NCBI RefSeq assembly: GCF_006345805.1
Contig: NC_043003.1
Span: 8,680,001-8,744,000 of the forward strand
Direction: 5' to 3'
DNA length: 64,000 nucleotides
From: Octopus sinensis
Lineage: Eukaryota
This document shows, piece after piece, positions 24,995-38,849 of the stretch. The stretch's first letter is position 1, and each line of letters starts with the position of its first letter. The translations under genes and the position numbers were made by a program. The notes below the pieces were generated by a model. That model searched no databases and was not told the DNA's origin. It saw nothing but the letters and a program-made list of their open reading frames with translations.

Positions 24995-25207
24995 CGAGGC
25001 GTCTTCCAAGGGGACTGCCTGTCCCCACTGATATTTGTACTGTGCATGATACCACTAACACTGATTCTGAGGAAAACAAAGGCTGGATATGTATTCAAAA
25101 GCCGCCAACAAAAAGTCAACCACTTGTCATTCATGGATGACCTCAAACTTTATGGTAAAGATGAAGCCCAAGTCAGATCCCTTGTTGATACGGTATATAC
25201 TTTCAGG
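24995..25207 (+). pseudogene. R4/Dong-like RT fragment
   Basis: RGVFQGDCLSPLIFVLCMIPL...VNHLSFMDDLKLY, preceded by the TAA-like run AATAAATAATGATAACAATAAC. Confidence 0.8.
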
Positions 25208-25759
25208 ATTAGTCTCAGTTTGCGCAAGTACTCTACCATAAAATTCAAAATTATAGAAATTTAAAGTATGAACGAGAGCAACCAGTGTTGATAGAATGAC
25301 ATCATCAGTCTTTAAGTTTCAATTTTATAACAGGCGAAAAGAAAAAGAGACAGAAAAAGAGAAAACAGAAAAAAAAGGAAAGACAAAAAGAAAAGGAAAA
25401 AGAATATTTAATCAAACAGTTTTGTATAAATTTGATATTCCCTCAGGGCGTGATGTTAATAACCCGCAAACATATTTCTCCTCATGCATTCTGAGAAGTG
25501 AAAGTGAAGTAGATTCAGAATATTTTCTGAGAATATGCACTTTCAAATCTTTTTCAAAATTGCAGCCGTTTGAAACGAAATGTTCGGCAAGTTCCGTCCA
25601 ATTACTGTTATTGTGCCTGACGTCGAATCTGTGTCCATTAAACCTTTTGTTTAATTGTTCTGTTGTACAACCAAGATAAATCTAGTTGCGTTTTGTGCAA
25701 TCTGCCGCTCACACCAAATGGGAATCTCTACACGTCTCACTTTCTGTATAAATCATAAC

Positions 25760-26000
25760 ATTTCTATATTCAGAATACTTTTGATTTTGTGTCTAAAATC
25801 AACACCCTTTTTAAGCACCGAGGCCGTGTCGGGAACTGTTTTTTTGGTAACCATAGATGTTTCTTCCTTATATCCCAGTATTGCCCACGATGAAGGGGTA
25901 GAAGCATGCATGGATGCCTTCGAAAAGCAGTCAAACAAAAATATTCCATCAAATTTTCTCTGTAGATTATTGAGGTTTGTGTTACAAAGTAACACAATAA
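25760..26000 (+). pseudogene. Penelope-like RT fragment
   Basis: LVTIDVSSLYPSIAHDEGVEAC...LCRLLRFVLQSN. Confidence 0.7.
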
Positions 26001-26373
26001 AGTGTCTTGCCTGTTTACCTTTGCGAAGAGTTACGTCTATCAATTTTTTAAAATGTAACAACAACAACAACAACATAGCAGAAATGGTCAAATAGACAAA
26101 AAAAAAACAAGATGAAAACTGTGTTACAAAAGCTACTGAAGAAGAAATAAAGAGAAAAATCGCTTCATGACCAATCCCCTGCAATGCTTGACAGAGAGGA
26201 AGTGAGCCTAAGTAAAAGCTAACGATGTCTCAAAAGCTCTGGGCTAAAAGTTCGCCTTCTCTTGCTGTTCACTGACAACCTGAATGTGATCAATGGTAGA
26301 GAATCGTGTCTGAAGCCAGGTTTTTTTGGGGTGGTGTGTAGGTGGGGTTGATAGTGGTCTAAGGTGCTATCTA

Positions 26374-26522
26374 TCGAGTTGCTCTGGGTCTCGTTTGGTC
26401 CGGACCTCCAAACGGAGAAGAACTGGAACGAGATAACGAGTAGGATGGTCAGTCTCGCTCGGCAATGGGTCGAGAGGAAGCTGTCCCTAAAAGGTCGGGT
26501 GGAGATGGCGAACGCGTACATC
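26374..26522 (+). mobile_element. Short fragment of the L1/Tx1-type LINE
   Basis: Nearly identical to about 27434-27580. The 5' junction carries CTATCTATC at 26367-26375. Confidence 0.85.
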
Positions 26523-26524
26523 TA

Positions 26525-26790
26525 AGCATAATGTAGGAGAACATAAAGCTGGAAAGAGCTAGACTAATCAAACATCCAAACAAGCCAAACTCTGAGATGC
26601 TACTGGCAAAGGCGACACATGTCCAGCTGGTACTTAGCAACAAGTTTGAAGCCTTAGAATGACATCACACAGACAATGACCTCGGCTCCTTTTCAGAGAA
26701 AATCACCACCACTATGATGGACATAGCTGTAATGGCGGCCGGGCGAAATAAGCCATCCAAAATGGACAAGCTTATTGCAAAAACAGCCAT
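26525..26790 (+). pseudogene. Possible RTE-type LINE ORF remnant
   Basis: IKLERARL...QLVLSNKFEALE resembles the L.NRF..L linker motif of RTE elements. Confidence 0.4.
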
Positions 26791-27077
26791 GCACATGTAT
26801 TCGCATACACACTCAGGCTCACATTCATATATATATGTATACATGTACGTATGCATGTATGTATATTTATGTATATATACCCAGCATTTCCCGTTTCAGC
26901 TGTTTGGGCGAGACAATCAAAACACATGCACCACAACGCCCGCTTAGGATTAAACGTCACGAATGGGCGTGCTGGAAACTTTTTAAATAACAACATATTG
27001 AAAAGCTGAATGCTACACACCCATCAAGCCACGAACACACACACGTGTGACAGATAGATAATTGTGTGTATGTATGC

Positions 27078-27154
<77 letters not shown>

Positions 27155-27156
27155 CC

Positions 27157-28895
27157 TAGCCACTACTGCAGAAGCTGGCGACGCTGTGGGCCATACCGCG
27201 AGAACTGGGATGCGAGACGAGCGTGTCTGCGTACGCGGACGATGTCACCGTCATAGTGTCTAGCCACAAGCACATCGAGCTCGTCGAGGGCACACTGAAA
27301 GACTACGAAGCGGTAACAGGAGTGAAAAATCAACCGGGAAAAGTCAGTGGGTTTGCAACTAGGCACCTGGAGAAGCAAGCCCATGCCGTCCACCAGCGCC
27401 TCTGTCGTGGGACGCTGGATCGAAGGTCCGGTCAAGTTGCTCTGGGTTTCGTTTGGTCCGGACCTCCAAACGGAGAAGAACTGGAACGAGATAACGAGTA
27501 GGGTGGTCAGTCTCGCCCGGCAATGGGTCGAGCAGAAGCTGTCCCTAAAAGGTCGGGCGGAGATGGCGAACGTGTACATCGCTTCCATCATCTACTACCG
27601 CCTGACCGTCGTGCCTTGTTCCGACCCTTCCATCACCAAACTAGAACGCATTCTCTTCCGCTACTTGTGGAAAGAATGCGTTCCGATGGTCAGGCAATCC
27701 ATTTGCTGTCAACACCCGTTGAAAGGAGGGCTGGGCATGCCGTGGTTGATGATGCGCAGACACGCGCTGAGACTGCGACATCTCCGGCTCTACGTAGACG
27801 GCGGTGAACAGGTGTGGTCGCCGTTTGTGAGGCGCGCTTTCCCGCAACTCATCTCCATGACCGATCTGCAGTCGTGGATCAAAAAGAGGCCGAGGAAGGG
27901 TGAATGGCACTGCGTGTATCACGTTGCTCTCAAGCAACTATGCCCTCCCAGGTCGACCTTGAGCGACTTCAACCCAACCAAAACATTCTATAGGGGATTA
28001 GTGGAGGGGAGGTACGACGGCGATCTCGGGGTGAACCTGGGCGTCGATGAGGAATATCTAACTCGCCTGTTCAAGACGACTTTCGGGCCGGGACATATGG
28101 GCAACTTCCAGAGATCCCTGACCTGGGAGTGCTACCGAGAAGCGCTACCCGTTCGGGATAAGCTCAATAAACACGACTCGAGAAACACGGGACCGACCTG
28201 CCCGAGATGCGGTCAGAGTGACGAGACCGTTGTGCACGCACTCGTACAGTGTCCAACCATTTCCGACGTGGGCCTATGTCGAACGACTGCTATCGCGTGT
28301 TGGACGAGTCGGTTTATCAACCGAGTGTATCGTTGTCGCGCCTCCTTCCTTGAAACGGGAAGGAAGAGCTATTTTCATCATATTTGTGGCTATGGCGAAA
28401 GAATGTATCTGGTGGACGCATCTGAAAGGATTAGAGACAAACACTTTCCTCTCTGGTCAATCCTTCATCAACTTGATCACTTGAAAAGGAAAATGAGAGT
28501 AGAGAGGCAAGTTTTGTCTTGCGAATGTTTAAAAAAAAGATGGGTGAATGTAGCAATGATGGCACGTATGAATGACGAAGCCACCTCGTGCATAATCCTA
28601 TGAACCCGGAATAATTTAAAACAGAGAGTTACTTACTTGCAAACAAATGTGTTAACACGTGACATAATTTAACCGAGGTTACCGAGGTCTTTTCGTAGGC
28701 TTTTCTTTCCACGGATAAACCTTATTTGTTTCCCCCTTCACACTTTACATCATGATATTTCGGTGATACACGATCTCTATTGATCTTTTTTTTGATCGAA
28801 AACCTACCCCACTTTTTTTTTCTCCCCAAAAAGAAAAGCTCTACTTTGTAATTTGTCCCCTCTGTGTTCAGCCCTGAGTGGCTAATAAAGAGACA
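27157..28895 (+). mobile_element. L1/Tx1-type LINE copy 2, 5'-truncated, inside (TATC)n
   Basis: Intact SAYADDV, ORF 27347-28603 with the zinc knuckle, end AATAAAGAGACA. TATC repeats at 27078-27153 and from 28896. Confidence 0.92.
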
Positions 28896-28950
<55 letters not shown>

Positions 28951-29865
28951 ATCTATCTATATGTATGTCTGTTTGTCTATCTATCTATCGATTTATCTAT
29001 ATAAACATTTGTACCTACATATACAAATATATGAGCGTGTGTGTATGTGTGTATATGTGTGTGTGATACAGAAATATATGTGTGCCTGCCCGTGCGTGTC
29101 GATGTGTCTCCGTATTTATATTTATACCGCTATCATAAGAATCCTCGTTTATTTTATGTCATTTCTGCCGATCAAAATTAATCATCAAATTCATCACAGC
29201 ATAATAATTCAATCTTCAGATTCTTTGAATTTACAAACTGTTTTTTTTTCCTTTTCCTACTGTTTTTGATGTATAAGTTCTCTTTGGTATTTTCTGCCAG
29301 AAGAGATAAATGTCCTTAACATTAAATATTGGTACTTCAAGGACAGAAATCTATTATTTTTTTTAGATAATTTTGACGCAAATTCTTGTGTAATTTTCTT
29401 GTCATTTGATCAACTTCCTCCATGCAATCTGCTCTCATGCAAAAAGCTACGGTATATAAAAAAAAACCTGCTCAAGCTTTCTCTTGTTAACTGAAAATCT
29501 AGGTTGCAGTAAATTAGATGTTAGGTACACAAGGAGATTTGCTCAAAGATGCTTACTGCTATTTTGTTATCTATTAAACATGTCTATAAGCAGCCCCTTT
29601 GGGGTATTATCTTTCACGGATGTACTTTAAAAGTATTGCAGATTCTGCGATAATGCCATACCGGAATGATAACATACTAACAAAAGACAAGCTAATCATG
29701 ATTAGATTCTAGTGGCAGGCAAGACAACTAGGGAGATAACCAGCAATGGTCGTCTGTGAACAGAATTTCCCATACAAGAAATACAAGGTGCATTCCAGAA
29801 GATTTCAGACTTTATTAATTTCAACGAGATACAAGACCATATTTTCCTTCAAAGTAACATTCTCC

Positions 29866-29902
<37 letters not shown>

Positions 29903-30432
29903 GATCAACATCACTACCACCACCACCAACAACAACATCATTGTCATCACAGTTATCATCATCATTATCATTATAATGATCATTATCATCTCCACCACTA
30001 CCGCCACCATCACGTAATTAAAATTCTATGGAATCATCGCATTTCTTTTTGCAGACACACATTGAATCGACAAAGAATCACTCGATTAAAATCAAACACT
30101 CAAAAGGAAGAAAAATATATAACAAAAAACAAAAAAAAACAAAATCAAAAACAAAAAATAAATAAAAGGTGGTGATTTCACATGTGTGCACCAGATTCCA
30201 TAAATTGAGCTTTTTATTATTCGTACGTCGAAAAATGTGTGTGAAGAAATAGTTTAATACGATAATTAGTGAGAACAATACATGGTTTTAATTGTAATGG
30301 TTTATAGTTTTTCAATTGAATCCAGTTTATATACGTAAGTTGTCAATTAATTCATATTATTGAGAAAAGCCTGGATGATGTCAATGAACGAATGAACAAA
30401 TAACATATGCATATATGCATACGGGTGTCTGC

Positions 30433-30471
<39 letters not shown>

Positions 30472-30611
30472 TTATATATATATATATAATATATATATAT
30501 ACATATGTCATTTGTAATTCGTTCGTTGACATCATCCAGGCTTTTCTCAATATATGAGTTAATTGACAACTTACGTATATAAACTGGAGCGTATCTGTGT
30601 GCGTTTGTGTA

Positions 30612-30655
<44 letters not shown>

Positions 30656-30664
30656 GTTTTGTAT

Positions 30665-31143
30665 ACTCTTTTACTTGTTTCAGTCATTTGACTGCGGCCA
30701 TGCTGTAGTACCGCCTTTACTCGAGCAAATCGATCCCCAGGACTTATTCTCTGTAAGCCTAGTACTTATTCTATCGGTCTCTTTTGCCGAACCGCTAAGT
30801 TACGGGGACGTAAACACACCCCCTTCGACTGTCAAGCGATGTCGGGAGTGGGGGTGGTAAACACAGACACAGAAACATATACACACACATGCATATATAT
30901 ATATATATATATATATGGATGTGTGTGTATATGTTTCTGTGTCTGTTTACCACCCCACCCCCAATATATATACACATATACGACTGACTTCTTTCAGTTT
31001 CTGTCTACCAAATCCACTTACAAGGCTTTGGTCAGCCTGTGGCTACAGTAGAAGACACTCGCCCAAGGTGCCACACAGTGGGAATGAACTCAGAAACATG
31101 TGGTTGGTAAGCAAGCTACTTACCACACAACCACTCCTGCGCC
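30665..31143 (-). mobile_element. SINE-A, full length
   Basis: Homology to the other family A copies. Confidence 0.85.
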
Positions 31144-31204
<61 letters not shown>

Positions 31205-31939
31205 AGATATATATGTATGTATACATACATGCATGTATTATGTGTTACTGTTTATACAGACGTACACAATGACATACAATCAGCTTTAAGAGAATGTATG
31301 TCATACAAATGAATTGCTTACGTAGAAACCTTGGAGAAGTTTAATATTCATTACACACTCAGACACACGCGTGTGTGTGTGCGTGTGTGCGCGCCTGTGT
31401 GTGATCGTGTGTGTGTGCATATGCAGCCGACTGGTTTGACCTACATTCCCATTCATTTATTTCGTCAAAGAAACAATGAAAAGATGCCCAACATTTTTAA
31501 TAAGTTCAACAATTTCAATCTACTTATTCAGTTTCTTTGCTGACTGGCGTTTTCAACAAAGAGAACCTTGGTGTTTGCTTACATTAGCAGTCATATGTTG
31601 TCTGACGCACGTCCTACTGTCTCCCCTAATATGTTGGTCTCTCATTATTTTCTCATTCCTACATCCAAAACAACTAACTTCACTCAACAAAGTTACCTAT
31701 TGACCTCCTTATTACCTAGCTTTCTACGCGCGCACATTAACATCTCCTCCCACCAAGACCACCATCCAAAGACACACCATATATATGGTGCATGTATGAT
31801 TTTGTTGTTAAGACGCTTGTTTTGCAGCCACGTGATTTCAGGTTCAGTCCCACAGCACGGCATCCTGTAAAAGTGTTTTTAACGATAACCCCATGCATGC
31901 CAAATGTTTGTGCCGGAAACTACATGGGAGTCCGCTGCG

Positions 31940-31989
<50 letters not shown>

Positions 31990-32927
31990 GCGTGTGTAAG
32001 CATATATTTGCATATGTGTCTATGTTCTTGTTCCTCTATCGGTATTGGTTTGTAAATTAGCGGTTCCGGAAAAACTAACTGATAAAAAATGTACCTGACT
32101 TAAAAAACTCTGGTATCGATCCGTTCGTCAAAAAATTCTTCAAGGCGCTACTCCAGTATAGCATCAGTCTAAGACTGAAGCAATTTGTTTTTAAAAAATG
32201 GTTTATTGTTTATGTTTGAGGTCTATGCAGTCATCTGACGAGAGCTGTTTCTTACAAATTGATGTAATGTTTCATTAATGAATTAAATGGAGCCGCTTGA
32301 AACAACTATAATGAATATACATCTTTGTTATATATATCTATATATATAAAACTCAATTTGTGTGTCTGTGTGTGTATCTGTGTGTGTGTCTGTGTGTTTA
32401 ACTTCCTGGCACATCTCCTCCTAGCCAACAAATCGTAGAACCAGCAAAAATGGGTCACTTAAAGTTTAGGCGAATGAAAATTGAACTGCGCTATTCCTGT
32501 TCCGAAATTCATCTCGCAAGTGCAAAAATCGATAATGTGTTTGTTTAGGCCTTATCCTATGCATTGAATAGTGAACTTTACTCAGTCAGCTGTTTGATGT
32601 GAACTGTGTTCACCACGAGTGCAAGCATGCGTGAATTGCATGAAAAATAAAAAATCAAGATATAAAAACGAATCGCCGTAAACATTGTAGAAATTCGGCA
32701 AAGAAATGAATTTTCGGGATGTATTTTGGAGGGATTTTTCTTATTAATCGTTTGGACTTTGTGAACACATACCAATTGTTTTCATAACATTTTTAACGCT
32801 TTGAATTAAATGTGACCATTTTGCGTTGAGTCTGCAGTTTGAATCATTTTAACTAAATTTTAGCAGGCCGGATTTTTGTATACAAACATGTGTGGTGTGT
32901 GTGTGTGTGTGTGTGTTTGTGTGTGTG

Positions 32928-33210
32928 GAGGCGCAATGGCCCAGCGGTTAGGGCAGCGGACTCATGGTCGTAGGATCGCAGTTTTGTTTCCCAAACCGGG
33001 CGTTGTGAGTGCTTATTGAGCTAAAATACCTAAAGCCCCACGAGGCTCCTGCAGCGGGTGGTGGCGATCCCTGCTGTACTCTTTCGCCACAACTTTCTCT
33101 CGCGTTTTCTTCTGATGGCCTGCTCGCTTAGCCAGCGGGGTGGCGTCATTTTAAGGCTAAAACAATGCGAAACGCATTGTGACCAGCGACGTGTAGCAAC
33201 ATCTGATACC
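32928..33210 (+). mobile_element. tRNA-headed SINE-like element of a further family
   Basis: GGCGCAATGGCCCAGCGGTTAGGGCAGCGGACTC head resembles a tRNA 5' half and is followed by a non-tRNA body. Confidence 0.55.
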
Positions 33211-33261
33211 CTGGTCGTAAAAAGAAAAAATGAAATATATATATTATATATATATATATAT

Positions 33262-33458
33262 ATTTATTATATAGAAGGAGCTTCTACAGGACTAGAACTG
33301 TTTCATTCAAGAGAAATCTTCAGGAAGCTTCCTGAAGATTTCTCTTGAATGAAACAGTTCTAGTCCTGTAGAAGCTCCTTCTATATAATAAATTAATTTT
33401 ACTCTGCTATGTATTGAGTACCTTATTTACTGTGGTTAACCCCGAATCAACCCGGACC

Positions 33459-33461
<3 letters not shown>
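33262..33461 (+). mobile_element. Fold-back hammerhead element, family Y copy a (perfect 132-bp palindrome plus tail)
   Basis: Arms 33262-33327 and 33328-33393 with no spacer. Hammerhead motif at 33326-33376. Flanked by TA. Confidence 0.75.
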
Positions 33462-33511
<50 letters not shown>

Positions 33512-34518
33512 CAGTTATATACAACGGTATGAGCAGACGTTGTTTGATACGAACAGTTGCACCTAGGCGTTGTATCCATTCACGGTTAGACGATGATGAG
33601 AGGAACAAACACACACCCACACATATATATATATATATGTGTGTGCGTCTATACAAACATATATGTAAATATGTATACAACCTTCAGCAAAGTAACAGTC
33701 ATGTACACAACTTGGACGGACACATGCCAGTACACGGACATTCGTTCACATACACATACACATGTACACACTCTCACGGACACATCTGCCTATTCTCCTA
33801 GACACTCACATACATACGTAGCACATGAATACAAACATACATACATACCTACGTATGGGCATACACACGTACATACGCACGTATATGTACACACACACAT
33901 ACATGGGCACATGCATACGAGCGCGTATACATACATACGCACATGCGTACGTATGTACATACATACATACATACATACATACATACGCACATACATACAT
34001 ACATACATACGAACAATAGTAAAACATTAGTTCTGTGATATAGAGATAAAAATCTGATAATAGATTTTAGGGTATAGTTCTTGTGAGCAAGCGTCATAAA
34101 TTCACTTTCTAGCCTCGGCCGTAGGGAGTTGAAATTTGATAGCGTTGTGATGAGTGGTCACTCTACATCCATCCATCGCTACAGGTTTATAACTTTATGT
34201 TTTATAGAGTGTATGTGCGTGCTTATACACACACATACATATATACATACATACATACATACATGCATACACAGGCGTATGTGCGTACATACATACGTAC
34301 ATACATACACACATGTATGCATACATACACACATACATACGTACATATATATGACGAACTAACTGTTACTTTCTTAGATGCAGCACGGACTTTGTCAGTG
34401 AACAGGTCGCGGATTTTAGCGACGAAAATATTTTGACAAATTAAACTTAAATGTTGGAGTGAATCGAACGGCTTTTGTGTGTGTTTTAAATGGCTTATAA
34501 ACACCTTCCACGCTGCAA

Positions 34519-34550
<32 letters not shown>

Positions 34551-35311
34551 CTATATATATATATATATATGATATATATATCTATATATATATATATATA
34601 TAGATATATATATAATATATATTATATCTATATATATACACATATAATATAATGTATATGTTTTGGTGTCACTGTTTGTCCCCCACCAACATCGCTTGAC
34701 AACCGATGGTGGTGTGTTTATGTCCCCGTAACTTAGCAGTTCGGCAAAAGAAACCGATAGATTAAGTACTAAGCTTCCAAAGGATATGTCCTGGGTGGTG
34801 CTTTAGAATGGCCGCAGTCAAATAACAGAAACGGATAAAAGAATAAAAGAATATTCGTGAAAAATTTCTTGAAAAGGGTGATTCGCTGGGGACTGTCACC
34901 TCCTGGAAATTCAGAAAATACTTCCGGCTGAACTTTATATAGAACTGCACAAAAAATAAATAAATAAATACATAAATAAATAAAAACAGATTCGAATGAA
35001 TATTTAAAGTAAAAGAATATTGTATTTTTATATTTTTATATTAAACATATTTCTCCTTATGTTTTAGGAATTTACATAATTGCGGCATAGAAATTATTTT
35101 ACTAATCAGTAGTTTTTATTCGCAATATTTATTGTGGTCCTTGAGTGGATAAAGTATTTATTGTATTCTCAAGAACACGAAAAATATGTGTACACACTCA
35201 CACACGCACACGCACGCACGCACACACACACACGCACGCATATATCTACACACTCTCGCATATATATGTGTGTATATAAATAAATGTATACACACACACA
35301 TATATATATAT

Positions 35312-35700
35312 GGGAGTGGCTGTGTGGTAAGTAGCTTGTTTACCAATCACATGGTTCCGGGTTCAGTCGCACTGTGTGGCACCTTGGGCAAGTGTCTTCT
35401 ACTATAGCCTCGGGCCGACCAAAGCCTTGTGAGTGGATTTGGTAGACGGAAACTGAAAGAAGCCTGTCGTATATATATGTGTGTGTGTTTGTGTGTCTGT
35501 GTTTGTCCCTCTAGCATTGCTTGACAACCGAGCTGGTGTGTTTACGTCCCCGTTATTACTTAGCGGTTCGGCAAAAGAGACCGATAGAATAAGTACTGGG
35601 CTTACAAAAGAATAAGTCCGGGGTCGAGTTGCTCGATTAAAGGCGGTGCTCCAGCATGGCCGCAGTTCAAATGACTGAAACAAGTAAAAGAGTAAAAGAA
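35312..35700 (+). mobile_element. SINE-A, full length (reference copy)
   Basis: A- and B-box-like head, internal TA/TG run, tail GTAAAAGAGTAAAAGAA. More partial copies at about 23340-23570, 34665-34850, 42715-42990, 48140-48200, 52005-52130 and 54640-55650. Confidence 0.88.
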
Positions 35701-36957
35701 TATATATATATATATATATATAATATATATATATAATATATATATATATATACATATATTTATATGTATATACATACATATAAACACACACACACATATA
35801 CACACGCATATATGTGTGTGATATATATATATATATATATATATACATACATACACACACACATTTATCTTTGTCTCTTTCTGTCTGTTGTTTACTCTAA
35901 TTCAACCTATCCCCAGGCTACACATACACAAGCAATCATATAACATATATATATATATATATATACAACACACACCACACACACATATACATATAAACTA
36001 GCATAAACACGCACGGACATACACACACCACGTTGTGTTTGCGTTGTGTTCTTGAGCAAAACACTTCCTTTCACGCTGCTCTTAGACCATTTCGTCCTCT
36101 GACATGTGGCACCCAGTTGCACCTGTACAGGGGTAATATCGATTTAATGGAGAGAGTGAGCTTATGCAAACTGAAACATTTGGTCACCATAAACAAACCA
36201 ACCGCGTGGTTGTTCGGCAACAAACTGCCGAAACCTCAGCGTGCGTAAATATGACTATGAATTATATCGAAGGCTCTACGTTTATCTTCAACCATAAAAC
36301 AAATTCATTTTGTGGTTGTTTCCCTTGAAGTCGGTTATTCTCTGGCAAGCAATATTTATGTAATTCGTTTCCGATCATTGAATGAAAGCCACTGGATTAT
36401 GTTAATGATGTTTATAATAGTCAAGTAGGCTGCAGATAATTGAAATATGAAAGTAAATGATTCTAATAGATCTGAAAGGCGAAGAACCTTCATAAAACCG
36501 TATTTGCGCTTTAAGAAAATAACCAAAAATGCATTAGTGTCCTAGAGTTTACTTGCGTAGCAATTGCAAAATACAGTGCTGATACGCATGCACATGTATG
36601 TGAACGCACGAGAAAAGGTTTACATAATATACAGAACACATACACACACACACACGACAGAATTGAGATGGTGTGTACCATAATGCTGAGTGTGAAGTTA
36701 TGAAGAGAACAACAGAAGTATACCAACGCGGCTTTAATGTAACTGCTTTGCATCAACATACAATTTTGACTGCAAACCCTCACTCCATGCTTATGCGCGT
36801 GCGTGCGTGTGCGTGTGCATGTGCGTGTGTGTGTCTGTTTATGTGTGTGGCCATCGGTTAATGTATACATGTCCAACACCACATTCCCTCTACTTGCGCA
36901 CACACACTGAAACATAATATACATACATGAACACATGCTTACATACATACATACGTA

Positions 36958-37016
<59 letters not shown>

Positions 37017-38440
37017 CTTACTTGAAAAGGATGCGTGGCGTTCGATCATACAATAATATATAAATATATAAATATATGCATATATACATACATATATGTA
37101 CATACCTACATATATATATATATATATACATACATGCATGTATGGGTGCAGGACATCAAAAAAACGTTGAACACAATGAGAAACGAAAACATAACAAAAA
37201 CAGAGAAACGAGACATGCAACATAAAGAATATTCCCCTTCTTCACTTTTTCCCTGTTTCCTCTACTCCGCGTTTCAAAGGCAAGGACAAGACGCGACTTC
37301 GTTGAAACAGCCCTTCCCGCAAAGCAAATTAAATAAAATTTGGAATTTCTTGCGGAGGGTGAAATTGGTAACAAGAACAGGATAGGGAGAACAAAACAGT
37401 AAAAACAAACGGTGAGGGTTGTTAAGTCGAGACGATAGGAAAAATATTTTGTACGCGAGGACGACAAGCTTATGAAGGAGACAGGTATAAGCACGTCCTT
37501 TCTTTTCGAAGGTTGTGGGCAGAAATTTCGTCGCGTCTTGCAACCTTTTCAATAGTCGTTGACTCTGTCAGTTATCCGAGCTGCTTTCTTTTGGTTTGGG
37601 TGTGCGCATTTGGGTATGACAGTGTGTGCGCATGCACATGTATGTATGTATGTATGTATGTATGTATGTATGTATGTATGTATGTATGTATGTATGTATG
37701 TATGTATGTATGTATGTATGTATTTATGTATGTACGTATGTACGTATGTACGTATGTATGTATGTATGTATGTATGTATGTATGTATGCATGCATGTATG
37801 TATGTATGTATGTATGTATGTATGTACGTATGTACGTATGTACGTATGTATGTATGTATGTATGTATGTATGCATGCATACATGTATGTATGTATGTATG
37901 TATGTATGAATGTATTTATGTATGCATGTATGGATGTGTGTCTCCATATGTGTCCTTGTGTGAAGTGAAGTGTGTGTGTATATGATCATGTGTTTCACTC
38001 TTCATTTGCGTATCTGTGTGTGTGTATGACTGTTCATATTACCCATATACCGATCCGTCTGTATGTCCATCTGTTTACATTTATGTCCATTTACCTACAT
38101 ACGTGTGCATATACACATAGGTATACACGCACACACATACATACATCTACATAACAGCCCACTAACTATTCTACCTGTATATAAATAACAGTTTATGTGT
38201 GTGTGTGTGTGTGTGTATAGGTGTAGTAGCGCAAATGTCCTTCGCAGGTACTGGCGCACTTACAAATCACCCCGGTAGTAATAAAGTTCCCCCACCCCAA
38301 CACTAGAACTTAATAACTTAATAATGAACGTTACTTACATGTGCACATAAGTGTCTAAAATTCTGTATCTACGCATTTCTGACCACAAATTAAATGATTA
38401 TTTCAATTCCGATAAAAAAAGGAATATATATATATATATA

Positions 38441-38482
<42 letters not shown>

Positions 38483-38586
38483 TAATTTCTGACTTGGTCT
38501 TTATCAATAAGTTGCACGTATTTTGGAAACTTGAAATAAACACTTTGTTGATCGGTCCGTTCACATAAAAAGTTCACAGACGCACG

Positions 38587-38656
<70 letters not shown>

Positions 38657-38849
38657 GCATAGATACACATAAACAAACACACATATAGAAGTATATATAT
38701 ATTCACCCACCCACCCACCCAACTACTCCTCCACCCATCCATTCATCCATCTTCTCTGTTCCATATTCCTGGGAAGGCCGCTGGGTTGTAGTCTTCAGGG
38801 CCCCTGCTCCATAGGATCCTTTCGGAAGCAAACGCCATTACCCTTTCCT

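Noticed and set aside
32229-32312. Hammerhead-like CTGACGA-GAGC...GCTT-GAAAC
   Set aside because: Stem III cannot form (C.A at 15.2/16.2) and stem II is long and poorly paired.
32336-32870. Third Helitron
   Set aside because: The 5' end resembles the Helitron start, but I found no hairpin-CTAG 3' end.
33262-33461. Family Y as a MITE with long TIRs
   Set aside because: The inverted repeat is not terminal: all three copies carry the same one-sided tail, and the centres differ.
35312-35380. tRNA genes at SINE heads
   Set aside because: A/B-box-like motifs run into SINE bodies without a complete cloverleaf or acceptor stem.
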